From Mobula hypostoma (lineage: Eukaryota), in the NCBI RefSeq assembly GCF_963921235.1, contig NC_086108.1, positions 65,288,001-65,352,000 on the forward strand: DNA of 64,000 nt, in the 5' to 3' direction. The position numbers and the translations under genes are program-made. The notes below the pieces were generated by a model. The model saw nothing but the letters and a program-made list of their open reading frames with translations, made no database searches and was not told the origin of the DNA. Shown here piece after piece: positions 48,955-62,749 of the stretch (its first letter is position 1; each line of letters begins with the position of its first letter).

Positions 48955-50250
48955 TTCAAGAATCACTAGATACCGGTATGGTTCTGGAAGACTGGAAAAA
49001 CACAAATGTCACTCCACTCTTCAAGAAGGGAGAGGTGCAGAAGAAAGGAAACTGTAGGCCAGTTAGTCTGGCCTCTGTGGTTGGGAAAATGCTGGAGTTG
49101 ATTATTAAGGATGAGGCCCAGGGTACTTGTTGACACATGATAAAGTAGACTGTAGTCGGCATGGTCTCCTCAAAGGAAAATTTTGCCTGACCAATCTATT
49201 GGAATTCTTTTAAGAAATAACAAGCAGGATAAACAAAGGAGAATGGGTTGATGTTGTGTACTTGGATTTTCAGAAGACACTTGACAAGGTGCCACATGAG
49301 GCTGCTAAACAAGCCCGTGGTATTACAGGGAAGATTCTAATATGGATAAAGCACTGGCTCATTGGCAGCCTTTTCAGGCTGGCTCCCAGTGACTAGCAGT
49401 GTTCCAACAGGAGTCTCTATTGGGACTGATCCTTTTTACCTGATATGGCAATGATTTGGATGATGGAATTCTTGAAAGGTTTACAGACAATACAAAGATA
49501 GGTGGAGGTACAGGTAGTTTAGAGGAAGTAGAGAGGCTACAGGAGGACTTAGATTAGGAAAATGGGCAAAGAAATGGCAGATGGAATACCGTGTCAGGAA
49601 GTGTATGGTCATGCACTTTGGTAGAGGAAATGGAAAGGGTTGACTATATACTAAATGGAGAGAAAATATAAAAAAAACTGAGGTGCAAAGGGATTTGGGA
49701 GTCTTTGTGCAGGATTCCCACAAGGCTAATTTGCAGGTTGACTCAGTGGCGAGGAAGGCAAATGCAATGTTAGCATTCATTTCAAGAGGAGTATAATATT
49801 AAAAACAAGGATGTGATGTTGAGACTATATCAAGTATCGGTGAGGCCTCATTTGGTTTTTGCGAGCAGTTTTGTCTCCTTATCTTAGAAAGGATGTGCTA
49901 AAACTGGAGAGGGTTCAAAGGAGATTCACAAAAATAAATCATATGAAGGGTGTATGATGGCTCTGGTCCTGTATTCACTAGAATTCAGAAGAATCAGGGG
50001 TGACCTCATTGAAACCTATTGAATAGTGAAAGACCTTGATAGAGTGGATGTGGAGAGGATGTTTCCTCTGGTGGGAGAGTGTAAGACCAGAAGACACAGG
50101 TCAGAATAGAGGGTGTCCTTTTGGAACAGAGATGAGGAGGAACTTCTTTAGCCAGAGAGTGACGTATATGTGGAACTCTTTGCCACAGGCAGTTGTGGAG
50201 ACCAACTCTTATGTATATTTAAAGCAGGGGTTAATAGATACTTGATTGGA
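48955..50250 (+). mobile_element. Degraded CR1 ORF2 fragment
   Basis: EDWK..NVTPLFKKG, LDFQK..DKVPH, EMRRNFFSQRV. Confidence 0.88.
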
Positions 50251-50769
50251 TAGATACTGATACTTTACTGGATTGAAATTTATACTCTTGGAGTCTACAA
50301 ACAGTTCAACAACCAGGACTTATGCTTCATGTTTCACAGTAGTACTATCAGACAAATTTTAACATCCTATGTACAGTACATAAGAAATATCAATACAAGC
50401 TTGGCCAGAGATAGAATTTCAGAAGGGCTCTTCGGAGAGAAGATAGCAGTGGAAAGAGGGGAGCTATTAGCAAGAGAATTTCCAAAGCACAAGCTTTAGC
50501 AGGATGGGACAACTGTCAATGGTACAGTGATGAAATCCGTGCCAGCAGCAACAGTGAGATGGAGGCGGAGGAGAGGAGGTGGCATCAGCACCTAAATTCA
50601 GGAGGGAGCTACAGCAGGCGGATAGTTGGCAATGGTGGTGAGGAGAGGAGAGGAGGACCCATCTGTGAGAGTCTAGACCCTTATGGAGAAAAGCAACAGA
50701 ACTGCAGGTGACACTACACTTTAGAAAGTGACACACAGTAGGTTTAGCACCAGGCTGACCTGAATCTGT

Positions 50770-51700
50770 GCAGATTGGAAGTAACATCTCCACCTCGCTG
50801 ACAATCAACACTGGCGCACCCCAGGGATGTGTGCTTAGCCCACTGCTCTACTCTCTTTACACACATGACTGTGGCTAGGCATAGTTCAAATACCACCTAT
50901 AAATTTACTGATGACACAACCATAGTCGGCAGAATCTCAGATGGCGATGAGAGGGCAAGATATATCAGCTAGTTGAGTGTTCCACAGCAACCTTGCACTC
51001 AATGTCAGTAAGACCAAAGAGCTGATTGCGGACTTCAGAAAGGGCAAGATGAGGAAACAAACCAATCCTCAGAGGGATCAGAAGTGCAGAGAGTGAGCAA
51101 TTTCAAGTTCCTGGGTGTCAATATCTCTGAGGATACAACCTGGTCCCAAAATATCAACGCAGCTATAAAGAAGGCAAGACAACAGCTATATTTCAATGAG
51201 TTTGAGATTTGGTATGACACCTAAAACACTCGTAAATTTCTACAGATACACTTCGTGGAGCATTCTGATTGGCTGCATCACCATCTGGTATGGGGTGAGG
51301 TGGGGGTTACTGCACAGGATTGGAGTATGCTGCAGAGAGTTCTAAAATTAGTCAGCTCCCTCATGGGCAGTAGCCTCTGTAGTATCCAAGACAACTTCAA
51401 GGAGTGATGCCTCAGAAAGGCAATGTCTGTTATTAAGGACCCCCACCACCCAGAACATGCCCTCTTCTCATTGTTACCATCAGGAAGGAGGTACAAAAGC
51501 CTGAAGGCAAAAACTCAACAATTCAGGAACAGCTTCTTCCCTTCTGCCATCTGATTTCTGTATGGACGTTGAACTCATGAACACTACCTCACTACTTTCT
51601 ACTTTTTTTCACTACTTATTTAATTTAACAATTTTATAAATAAATGTTTTTTTCCATATTATCTTGTATCGTACTGCTGCTGCAAAGTTAACAAATTTCA
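50770..51700 (+). mobile_element. Rex1/Babar LINE 3' portion
   Basis: NTGAPQGCVLSPLLYSL, YKFTDDTT, SNFKFLGV. Confidence 0.85.
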
Positions 51701-51899
51701 CAGCAAACACAGAACTGGAGATGATGTCATATCAGAATATTATTTCCAACTCTAGGAAGCTCACTCCTGCAGTATATTTAAATTCCTAGACACTCCTTGT
51801 ACTCTGGATAACACACATACAGAGTAAAAGAGCGATACTGCATGAACCTAGGCCTAAAGGTACAAGTAGTCCATGGCAACATGATGCTCACCCAGACAG

Positions 51900-52880
51900 A
51901 CTCAATTTCTGATATTCAGCCGAAACGCCATTCCCCACACGAACCTATCCAAGTGAATCTTAAATGATGGCTCTGCATACAACACATCATTCTCCACAAC
52001 TTCTGCGATCTCTACAGGGATCCTAACATCAGACATATCTTTACCTCCCCCACCCCCCATGCTTTCCACAGGGATTACTCCCTCCATGATTTCCTTGCCC
52101 ATTCATCCATCCCTACTCATCTCTCTCCTGGCACTTATCCCTGCAAGCAGCCTAAGGGCTACACCTGTCCACATACCTCCTCCCTTGCTTCTATTCAGGG
52201 CCCCAAACAGTCCTTCCAGCTGAGGTAACACTTCACCTGAAAATCTGCTGGGGTCGTTTATTGTGTCTGGTGGTCCCTATGCAGCCTTCTCTACATTGGT
52301 GAAATCCATCATAAATTGGGGAACTGCTTCACCGAGCACCCCCGCTCCAGTCGCCAAAATTGGAACTTTCCGGTGGCTAAACATCTAAAATTTCAACTCC
52401 CATCCTTGTTCTGGCATGTCAGTCCATGGCCTCCTCTGGTTCTAAGATGATGACACCCTCAGGGTGGAGGAGCAACTCCTTGTATTCTGTCTGGGTTGCC
52501 TCCAACCTGATGGTATGAATATTGATCTCTCCATCCAGTTAAAAAAAATTCCCTACCCTGCCCCTCTTCTATTCCCCACTTTTTCCCCTTTACATTCTCT
52601 CACCTGCTTCTCACCTCTCCCAGGTACCTTTCTCCTATGGTCCACTCCCCTCTCCTATCAGATTCCTTCCTCTCCAGCCCTTTACCATTCCCATCCACCT
52701 GGCTTCATCTACCACTTTCTAGTTATCCTCTTCACTCTCATCCCACCTTTTTATTCTGGTGTCTTTCCCCTTCTTTTCCAGTCCCGAAGGTGGGCTCCTG
52801 GCCCGTAATGTAGATTGTTTATTAATTTTCATAGATGCTGCCTGATTTGCTGAGTTCCTCCATCATTTTCTGTGTTGTTA
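51900..52880 (+). mobile_element. Degraded Penelope-like element 3' portion
   Basis: GTYPCKQPKGYTC-like linker, YIGE, EEQLLVFCLGCLQPDGMNI, pyrimidine-rich UTR, and a decayed hammerhead at 52779-52817. Confidence 0.85.
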
Positions 52881-53102
52881 TTGCACCTGGCTCAACCACT
52901 TGCGATAGCTTATTCCATTTACTCACCACCATCTGCGTGGAAAAGTTGCCCCTCGGGTTTCATAGAAGATAAAAATAAAGCAAAGGAACAGGCCCTTTAG
53001 CTCTCAATATTGTGGCAAACTATTAAATTAGTAATTGGACCACCACACGTAAAATTCTGGAGGAATTCAGCAGGTGGGGCAGATTCTATGGAAATGAATA
53101 AA

Positions 53103-53140
53103 CAATTGACGTTTCAGAACAAGACCTTTCATCAGGACTG
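53103..53140 (-). ncRNA. Minimal type-I hammerhead ribozyme motif
   Basis: CAGTC-CTGATGA-AAGGTCTTGTTCT-GAAA-CG-TC-AATTG. The core, palindromic ACGT and GUC site are intact; stem I has one mismatch. Confidence 0.7.
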
Positions 53141-53305
53141 GAACGGAAAGGGGATGATGCCAGAACAAGGTGGTGGGGGAGGGGAAACTAGGTGATAGGT
53201 GAAGCAGGTGGTTGGGGGAGGGTGGGGATGAAGTAAGCAGCTGGAAGGTGAAGAAAAGGTAAAGGGGTGGAGAAGGAGGAATCTGATAGGAGAGGAGTGG
53301 ACCAT

Positions 53306-56300
53306 CACAAGATCACAAGACAAGGAGCAGAAGTGGGCCATTCGGCCCATCGAGTCTGCTCCGCAGCTCCCCCATGAGCCAAGCTATTCACCCATCTAGT
53401 TCCAATTTCCGGCTTTTTCCCCATATCCCTCGATATCCTGACCAATTAGATACCTGTCAATCTCCTCCTTAAACACCCTCAATGATCAGGCTTCCACAGC
53501 TGCATGTGGCAACGAATTCCACAAATCCACGACCCTCTGGCTAAAAAAATTTCTCCTCATCTCTGTTTTAACTGGGTACCCTCTAATTCTAAGACTATGG
53601 CCTCTTGTCCTGGACTCACCCACCAAGGGAAACAACCTTTCCACATTTGCTCTGTCCAACCCTTTCAACATTCGAAATGTTTCTATGAGATCTCCTCTCA
53701 TTCTTCTATACTCTAATGAATACAATCCAAGAGCCGACAAACACTCCTCATATGTTAGCCCCTGCATTCCAGGAATCATCCTCGTAAATCTTCTCTGAAC
53801 TCTCTCCAACATCAGTACATCCTTTCTAAGATAGTGGGCCCAAAACTGCACACAGTATTCCAAATGAGTCTCACTAATGCCCCATAGAGACTCACCAACA
53901 CCTCCTTACTCTTATACACTATTCCTCTTGAAATGAATGCCAACATAGCATTCGCTTTCCTTACTGCCAATCCAATTTAGTGGTTAACCTTTAGGGTATC
54001 CTGCACGAGGACCCCCAAGTCCCTTTGCACTTCCGATTTTTGAATTTTCTCCCCATCTAAATAATAATCTGCCCGATTATTTCTTCTTCCAAAATGTACA
54101 ACCGTACATTTGTCAACGTTGTATCACATCTGCCATTTCTTTGCCCACTCTCCTAAACTGACCAAGTCTCTCTGCAACCTTTCCATTTCTTCAACGTTTC
54201 CTGCTCTTCCACCTATCTTGGTGTCATCCGCAAACTTAGCCACAAAACCATTTAATCCATAATCCAAATCATCGATATACATCGTAAGAAGAAGCGGCCC
54301 CAACACCGACCCCTGCGGAACACCACTAGTAACCAGCAACCAATCAGAATAGGATCCCTTTATTCCCACCCTTTGCTTTCTTCCTATCAGCAAATGCTCC
54401 ACCCATTTCAATATCTTTCCTATAATTCCATGGGCTCTCATCTTATTAAGCAGCCTCATATGCGGCACCTTATTGAAGGCCTTTTGAAAATCCAAATATA
54501 CAACATCCACAGCCTCTCCCTTGTCAATCTTATTCGAGATTACCTCAAAAAATTCCAATAGGTTGGTGAGACAGGATCTTCCCCTCATGAAACCATGCTG
54601 GCTTCGGCGTATCTTGTCATGCACCTCGAGGTATTTCATAATCTCGTCCTTGAGGATTGACTCCAATATCTTTCCAACTACTGAAGTCAGACTAATAGGT
54701 CTGTAATTTTCTTTTTGCTGCCTCCTTCCTGTCTTAAATAATGGAACTACATTTGTGACCTTCCAGTCCTCTGGAACTATGTCAGAGTCTATTGATTCCT
54801 GGAAGATCATTTCCAATGCTTCCACAATCTCCAAAGCCACCTCCTTCAGAACCTGGGTGCACCTCATCTGGACCGGGAGACTTATCTATTCTTAGTCCAC
54901 TTAGCTTCCCAAGCACTTTCTCTCTAGTAATCTTGACTGTACCTAATTCTATTCCCTGATACCTCTGGTATATTGCTCATGTCTTCCACTGTGAAGACTG
55001 ATGCAAAGTACTCATTCAGTTCCTCTGCCATCTCTTTGTTATCCATTTATAATTTCTCCAGCATCACTTTCAATCGGTCCCGTATCTACCCTTGTCACTC
55101 TTTTACTCTTCATATAGTTAAAAAAAAACTCTTAGTATCCTTTTTTATGTTAATCGCCAACTTCCTTTCATAATTTATCTTTTCTTTCCTAATCACCTTC
55201 TTAGTTTCCTTCTGTAAGTTTTTAAAAGTCTTCCAGTCCTCATTTTTCCCACTAATTTTTGCTTCCTTGTACGCCATTTCTTTTGCTTTTATTTTTGCCT
55301 TAACCTCTCTCGTTAGCCACATTTGTGCCATTTTTCCAGTCATGATTTTCTTTTTTCTTGGAATATATTTTTCCTGCATTTTCCTTATTTCTTGTAGGAA
55401 TTTCATCCAATTTTGCTCTGCCGTCTCTCCATTTAGCTTACTTTTCCAATCGACTTGGGCCAGTTCCTTTCTCATACCACTGTAATTTCCCCTGTTCCAC
55501 TGAAATATCAATACACCTAATACCAGCTTCTCCTTTTCAAATTTGAAACTGAACTCAATCATATTATGATCACTACTTCCAAGGGGTTCCTTTACCTCCA
55601 GCTCCCTAATCGCCTCAGGTTCGTTACACAGCACCCAATCCAAAACAGCCAGTCCCCTGGTGGGCTTCTGGACAAGCTGCTCCAAAAAGCCATCCTGTAG
55701 GCATTCTACAGACTCCCTCTCCTGAGATCCATTACCTTCCTGACTTTCCCAATCCACTTTCATATTAAAATCCCCCATAATTATCTTGACATTTTCTTTC
55801 TGACACGCTTTTTCTATTTCCAGCTGCAACTTGTAGTCCACATCCCGGCTGCTGTTTGGAGGCCTGTATATAACTGCTATTAGTGTCTTTTTACCCTTGC
55901 CATTACTTAATTCTTCCCATAAGGATTCTATCTCTTCTGATCCTTTGTCCCTTCTTTCTATTGACTTGATATCGTTACTTACCATCAGGGCCACACCACC
56001 CCCTTTACCTACCTTCCTATCTTTCCTATACACTGTGTAACCTTGGATATTCAGCTCCTAATCACATCCATCGTTTAGCCATGACTCGGTGATGGCCACA
56101 ATGTCATATCTTTTAACCTGCAGCTGTGCAGCAAGGTCATCCACTTTATTTCTAATGCTGCGTGCATTTAAGTACAGTACATTTAGATCAGCATCTGTTG
56201 TCGATTTTGCTATATTTCTATTTTGCAGCAAATTATCCTGTATATTCACCGGCCTGTCCTTCTGCGATCTTTGCTGCACAGTATTTTTGACTTACTTCTA

Positions 56301-56886
56301 TTTTCCTCTTCCTCGACCCTAACACCTTGGTTTCCTCCCCCTTGCCAACTTAGTTTAAATCCTCCCTAACAGCTATATTAAACAATCCCGCCAGGATATT
56401 AGTACCTTTTGGGTTCAGGTGTAATCCATTTTTTTTGTATAAGTCATACCTTCCCCAAAATAGATCCCAATGATTCAAGAATTTGAAGCCCTGCCCCCTG
56501 CACCAGTTACTTAGCCACACATTCATCTGCTTAATTCTGCTATTCTTACCATCGTTAGCACGCAGCTCAGGCAGCAATCCTGATATTATTACTCTGGAAG
56601 TCCGGCTTTTCAATTTTCTTCCTAGCTCCCAGTTATCTTCCTTCAGGACCTCCTCTCCTTTTCTGTCTATGTCATTGGTACCAACATGTACCAAGACTTC
56701 CAGCTGCTCGCCCTCTCTCCTCAGAATACTCTGGACTCGATCTGAGACATCCCGTACCTGGGCACCAGGGAGGCAACACACCATCCGGGTATCCTTGTTC
56801 GGCTCGCAGAATCTCTTGTCCGTCCCCCTTACGATGGAATCCCCTATAACTACCGCATTTCTTCTTGCTCTCTTGATTTCGGCACT
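53306..56886 (-). mobile_element. CR1-type LINE, 3.6 kb, 5'-truncated within ORF1
   Basis: 6-bp TSD GACCAT (53300-53305, 56887-56892). Esterase ORF1, APE (YLNARS, ITESW, YRPP, MGDFN, SDH), RT (GVPQGSVLGP, FADD), and (ATCTTGTG)n tail. Confidence 0.95.
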
Positions 56887-58646
56887 GACCATGGGAGAAA
56901 GGAAAGGAGGAGGGGTACCAGGGAGAGGTGAGGACAAGAGCAGAGGTAATAGGGGGAGCCACAGTGTGGAACTGAAGAGAAGGGAAGGAGGAGGGGCAGA
57001 AAAATGACGAAGTTGGAGAAATCGATGATCATGCCATCATGTCGGAGGCTACCTAGACGGAATATGAAGTGTTGTTTCTCCAACCTGTGCAGCAGCATCA
57101 TGGCAGTAGAGGTAGCCATGAACCAACATGTCAGAGTAGGAATGAAGATAGGAACTGAAATGATTGGCAATGGGAAATTCTGCTTTTTTCTAGATGGAAT
57201 AAAAGTCAGGTCTACAGTATATCGGGTCACACAATTGTAGAGGCGGCTGCATTGGGAGCACTGGATACAATAGATAACTACAACAGATTTGGAACCCCGA
57301 ATGGAGGTGAGGGAGGAGGTGAATGTGCAGGTATAGCACTTCTTCAACCTGCAGGGATAAGTGCCAAGAGGGATCCCTACCGAAAGCGGCGATTGGGGTG
57401 GGGGGAGGGAGGAAGGTAAAATGTGTTTTGTGGTAGGATCCTGTTGAAGGTGATAGAAGTTGCAAGGAATCATGTGCTGGATGTGGAAGCTACAGTGGGA
57501 AAGGTGAGGACAACAGGATCTCTATCCCTATTAAGGAAGATGGGGTGAGGATGGATGTCTGTGGAATGGAGGAGATGTCAGTAAGAGCAACATCTTGAGT
57601 ACAGATGTAGCATAGAGGAAGGAATTGAGAAAGGGGAAATGTATTTTTACAGGACACAGTGTGGGAATAGTCAGAATAATCGTGGGAGTAGATGGGCTGA
57701 TCATCAATGTAGTGTAGAAAGAGTTGGGGAGCATCATCAGGAAAGGTTTGGAGTGTGGATTGTCCCATGTAGCCAAAGAAAAGACAGGCATAGCTACACC
57801 TTAAGTTTAAAGAAATTGGGAGGAGCTAATAGAGAAATTGTTGAGTGCGAGGACCAGTTCAACCAGAGGGAGGATGATGATGATGGAAGGACACTGGCTG
57901 GGTCTGTTGTCGAGAAAGAGGTGGAGAGCTTCAAGGCCTTCTTGATGGGGAACAGAAGTGCCTAGGGTCTGGACATCCATAGGCCAAGGAATTGAAAGTT
58001 ATTTAGGAGATCAAGAGCATGTGAACATGGATGCAGATGGGAAGAGACTGAACTAAGAGGATAAAATAAAGTTGAGGTATGTGGACACAAATTCAGTGGG
58101 ACAGGAGCAGGCAGAAACAATGGGCCTACCCAGACAGTCAGGTTTGTAGATCTTGCGTAGGAGGTAGAAACAAAAGTAGGGTAAGGGAATATGAAATTTG
58201 TGGCAGTGGATGGGAGGCTTTCAGAGTTGATAAAGTCAGTGATAGTGCAGGGGTCAATGGCCTGATGGTCCTCAGTGGCGTCCTTTTCAAGGGGGAAATA
58301 ACAGGTGTCTGAGAGTTGCCAAATGGTCTCAGCAAGGTGGAGGTCATTCTGCTACACTGCAACAGCACCCTTTTTGTTTGAGGGTTGAATAGTGAGGTTG
58401 AGATTGGTACAGGGAAAGTGGAGGGCAGTGTGTTCAGGGAGTACGATTCAAAGAGGAAAAAGGAGTGCCTGTGCTTGTTGGAAAGATCCAGAGCAGAGTG
58501 TCCAAAAAGAGGAGTGCTGGAGAACGAAGGGGTGATTGCTATAGAAACAAGAGAAAATTGGCAGATGCAGGAAATCCAAACAACACACACACACACAAAA
58601 TGCTGGAGTAACTCAGCAGGCCAGGCAACATCAATGGAAAAAAGTA

Positions 58647-58684
58647 TAGTCGACATTTCTGGCCAAGACCCTTCATAAGGACTG
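58647..58684 (-). ncRNA. Hammerhead motif with a mutated core
   Basis: CAGTC-CTTATGA-AGGGTCTTGGCCA-GAAA-TG-TC-GACTA (core G changed to T). Confidence 0.6.
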
Positions 58685-58719
58685 AAGAAAAAAGATGAGG
58701 AGTCAGAGTTCCTTCCATT

Positions 58720-59975
58720 CGATGACATTCATGTGCATATCTATGAGCTCCTCAAACACCTGCATCATATTTGCCTCCATCACCACCACTGGCAAGAAAT
58801 TCTAGGCACCTACCATTGTGTAAAAATACTTGCCCCAAACATCTTTTTTTTGAACTTAACCTTCCTCACCTTAAAGGCATACCCTCTGGTATTAGACATT
58901 TAGAAGCTGGGGAATGAATATCCGCTGACTACTCTATCCATTTCTCTTTTATCATCCTCTGCTGCTCCAGAGAAACAATTCAAGTTTGCCCGACCTTTCT
59001 TCATAGCACATACCCTGTCATCCAGGCAGCAACCTGGTAAAGCTCTTCTGCACTCTCTCCAAAGCCACGACATCCTTTTGGAATTGGGGCAACCAAAAGC
59101 TAAAGCAATACTGCAGATGCAGCCTAACTAGAGCTTTATAATTTAAGCAATATTACTTTCCGACTCTTGAACTCAGTTTCTCTACTAAAGGCAAGCATGC
59201 CATATGGTTGAAGACCATATGCTTTGTCAAAGTGTGCCAAATGCATTCTTTACCACCCTATCACCCTATATCACCACTATCAGTTGAGGACTTGGACCCT
59301 AAGATCTCTCTGCACATCAATACTGCTGACAGCCTTGTCACTAACAGTGGACTGTCTTCGTACATTTGATCTCCTAAAGTGCAGCACTTCATATTTGGCT
59401 GGGTTAGACTCCCTCTGCAATTTTTCTGTCCATATCTGCAATTGAACTATATCCTGCTGTGTCCTTTGAGTCTTGTACATGATCCATAAAGCCACCAATT
59501 TTTGTATTGTCTACAAACTTACTAATCCAACCTTCTGTTTCATCAAGTCATTTTTATGTCTGTATATTACAAACAGGATCCAGTCCAGATCTCTACAGAC
59601 CACCACTCATCACAGACCTCCAACCAGACATTACCGAATGTCTGATATGCAACCAATCTTGAATCCAAATGGCCAATTCACCGCTGTTTTCTCCCCCGCC
59701 TTGTAGCACATCGGATGGCAACGTTGTCATTTCTTTAGCATTTTTGTCTCTTTTTTTTTTAAAAATGAGGTCAGTTGTTAGCTTGACGCTCAACCAAGCA
59801 CTAACGTCACATTGATCCTCTGCACCTTAAACTTCTGGATGAACCTCCACGACATACACTGTCACTTGCCAAATGCCTTATTAAAATCCATGCAGACAAT
59901 ATCTACAGCTGTTCCTTCATCAAATGCTTTCATCACCTCCTCGAAAAAACTCATTCAAGTTAATAAGACAAGACT
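58720..59975 (-). mobile_element. Degraded CR1 fragments
   Basis: NPAKYEVLHF...VQRDLRVQV. Confidence 0.7.
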
Positions 59976-59979
59976 CATA

Positions 59980-62740
59980 TCAAGTCCACAAGACCATAAG
60001 AATTAGGCTATTTAGCCCATTGAGTCTGCTCTGCCATTTCATCATGGTTGATCCATTTTTCCTGCCAGCCCCAATCTCATGACTTCACCCTGTAACCCTT
60101 CATGCCTTGACAAATTAAGAATCTATCAACCAACCTCTGCTTGCGACAACAAATTCCACAGATTCACCCTCTCTGGATAAAGATATAACTCCTCATCTCC
60201 ATTCTAAAAGGATGCCCCTCTATTCTGAGGCTGTGTCCTCTGGTCTTAAGCATGCCCACTCCACATCCGCTCCATCAAGGCTTTTCACCATTTGATAGGT
60301 TTTAATGTAGTCAACACTCATTCTTCTGAAATTCCAGTGAATACAGGCCCAGAGCCATCAAACACTTTTCCTTTAAGCCATTCAATCCTGGAATCATTTT
60401 CATGAATCTCCTTTGAACCCTCTCCAGTTTCAGTACAACCTTTCTAAGAGGCTCAAAACGCTCAGTGTCCAAGTAAGGCCTCACCAATGCTTTATTAAAT
60501 CTCAACATTACATCCTTGCTTTTGTATTGAGTCCTCTTGAAATGAATGCTAACATTGCATTTGCCTTCATTACCACAGACTCAACCTGCAAAACTAACCT
60601 TTTGGTAAGCCTGCACAATGACTCCCAAGTCCCTTTGTGCCTCAGTTTTTGTATTTTCTCTCCATTTAGAAATAGGCAGCTTTCATTTCCTCTACTAAGG
60701 AAAATGAGCATGTACTTACTACACTGTATTCAATCTGCCACTTCTTTGCCCATTCTCCTAATCAGTCTAAGTTCTTTTGTAACCTCTCTATTTCCTCAAA
60801 ACTAACTGCCCCTCCACCTATCTTCATATTGTCTGCAAACTTTACAACAAAGCCATCAATTCCACCATCCAAATCACTGACATACAGTATAATGTAAAAA
60901 TAATCAGTCCCAACACAGACTCCTGTGGAACATCACTAGTCACCAGCAACCAGCCAGAAAAGGCTCCCTTTATTCCTACTCTTTGCCTCCTGCCAGTCAG
61001 CCACTGCTTTATCGATGCTAGAATCTTCCCTGTATTACCATGGGCTTGTAGCTTATTAAGTAGCCTCATGTGTGGCACCTTTTCAAAGACCTTCTGAAAA
61101 TCAAAGTACACAACATCAACCAATTCTCCTTTGTTTATCTTGCTTGTTACTTCTTCAAAGAATTCCATCAGATTGTCAGGCAAGATTTTCCCTTGAGGAA
61201 AGCATGCTGACTACAACCTATTTAATCATGTGCCTCCAAGTACCCTGAGACCTCATCCTTAATAATCGACTTCAACATTTTCCCAACCACTGAGGTCAGA
61301 CTAACTGGTCTATAGTTTCCTTTCTTCTGCCCCCTCCCTTCTTGAAGAGTGGAATGACATTAGCAATTTTCCAGTCTTCCGGAACCATCCCAGAATCTTG
61401 TGATTATTGAAAGATCATTACGAATGCCTCCACAATCTCTTCAACACCTCTTTAAGAATCCTGGGGTGTACAGAATCTGGTCCAGGTAATTTATCTATCT
61501 TCAGACCTTTCAGCTGCCCAAGAACCTTCTCTCTAGTTACAGTAACTTCACTCTCTTCATGCCCTCTACACCTGGAACTTCCACCATACTGCAAGTGTCT
61601 TCCACTGAGAAGACTAAGGCAAAATACTTCTTCACTTTGTCCACCATTTTTATGTCCTCCATTACTACCTCTCCAACAGAAGTTACCAACGATCCGATAT
61701 CTAGTCTCGCCTCTCTTTTACACTTTCTGTATTTGAAGAAACTTTTGGTATCCTCTTTAATATTAATGGCTAGCTTACTTTTGTATTCCATCTTTACCTT
61801 CTTACTAACTTTTAGTTGCCTTCTGTTAGCTTTTAATAGCTTCCCAATCCTCTACCTTACCATTAACTTTTGCTCTATTATACACTCTCTCTTTGGCTTT
61901 TATATTGGCTCTGTCTTCCCTTGTTAGCTACTGTTGCGTTATCTTTCCTTTTGAATACTTCTTCCTCTTTGGGATATATAGATCCTGTGCCTTCTGAATT
62001 GCTTCCAGAAATTCCAGCCATTGCTGCTCTGCCAACATCCCTACCAGTGTTCTTTTCCATCAATTCTGGCCAGCTCCTCTCTCATGCCTCTGTAATTCCC
62101 TTTATTTCGCTGTAATGTGGTCACTTGCCCCTCAGGATCTTTTGACCTTTCAGCTTCTAATCAATTCTGGGTCATCGCACAAAACTCAACCCAGAACAGT
62201 TGATTCTCTAATGGGCTCAACCACGAACTGCTCTAAATAGCCATCTCACATGCACTCTAGAAATTCTCCACCCTGGAATCCAGCGCCAACCTGATTTTCC
62301 AATCTCCCTGCATATTGAAGTCCCCCATGACTATTGTAACATTCCTCTTTAGCATGCATTTTCTATCTCCCGTTGTAATTTGTAGGCTACATCTTGACTA
62401 TCTTTTGGGGTCTGTGTACAACTTCCATCAGGGTCTTTTTACCCTTGCAGTTCCTTAGCTCTATTCATATGATTTAACACCTTCTGACCCTATGTCACCT
62501 CTTTCTAATGATCTTTTATCAATAGAACAGCACTGCCCCTTCTGCCTTCCTGCCTGTCCTTTCAATAAAATATGCATCCTTGCACATTAAGCTCTCAGCT
62601 ATAATCTTATAGTCATGATTCTGTGATGCCTACAACATCATACACGGTAATCTGCAACTGTGCTGCAAGTTCCATATACTGCATGCATTCAAATACACCT
62701 TCAGTGCTGCATTCACCCTTTTTGATTTTGTCTGTCTTTT
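59980..62740 (-). mobile_element. Degraded CR1 ORF2 (APE-RT) with 3'UTR
   Basis: FFEEVTSKINKGELVDVVYFDFQKVFEKVPH, LERVQRRF, INIKEDTKSFFKY. Confidence 0.9.
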
Positions 62741-62749
62741 ATGTTATAA

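Larger units (their letters stand above)
53045..58710 (-). mobile_element. Long degraded Penelope-like (Neptune-type) element with pLTR copies at both ends, interrupted by CR1
   Basis: RT remnant FLHYIDD, Cys linker GTYPCRLKKCYTC, VIYCIQC, RLEKQHFIFRLGSLRHDGM. pLTR copies at about 53045-53300 and 58545-58710 are in the same orientation. Confidence 0.8.

Noticed and set aside
52779..52817. Functional hammerhead
   Set aside because: The core has decayed (CCGAAGG, GTAA).
10034..58710. Recurrent palindromic repeat as a CRISPR array or tRNA-SINE
   Set aside because: The copies are dispersed with no regular spacers, and the same sequence is attached to Penelope GIY-YIG 3' ends.
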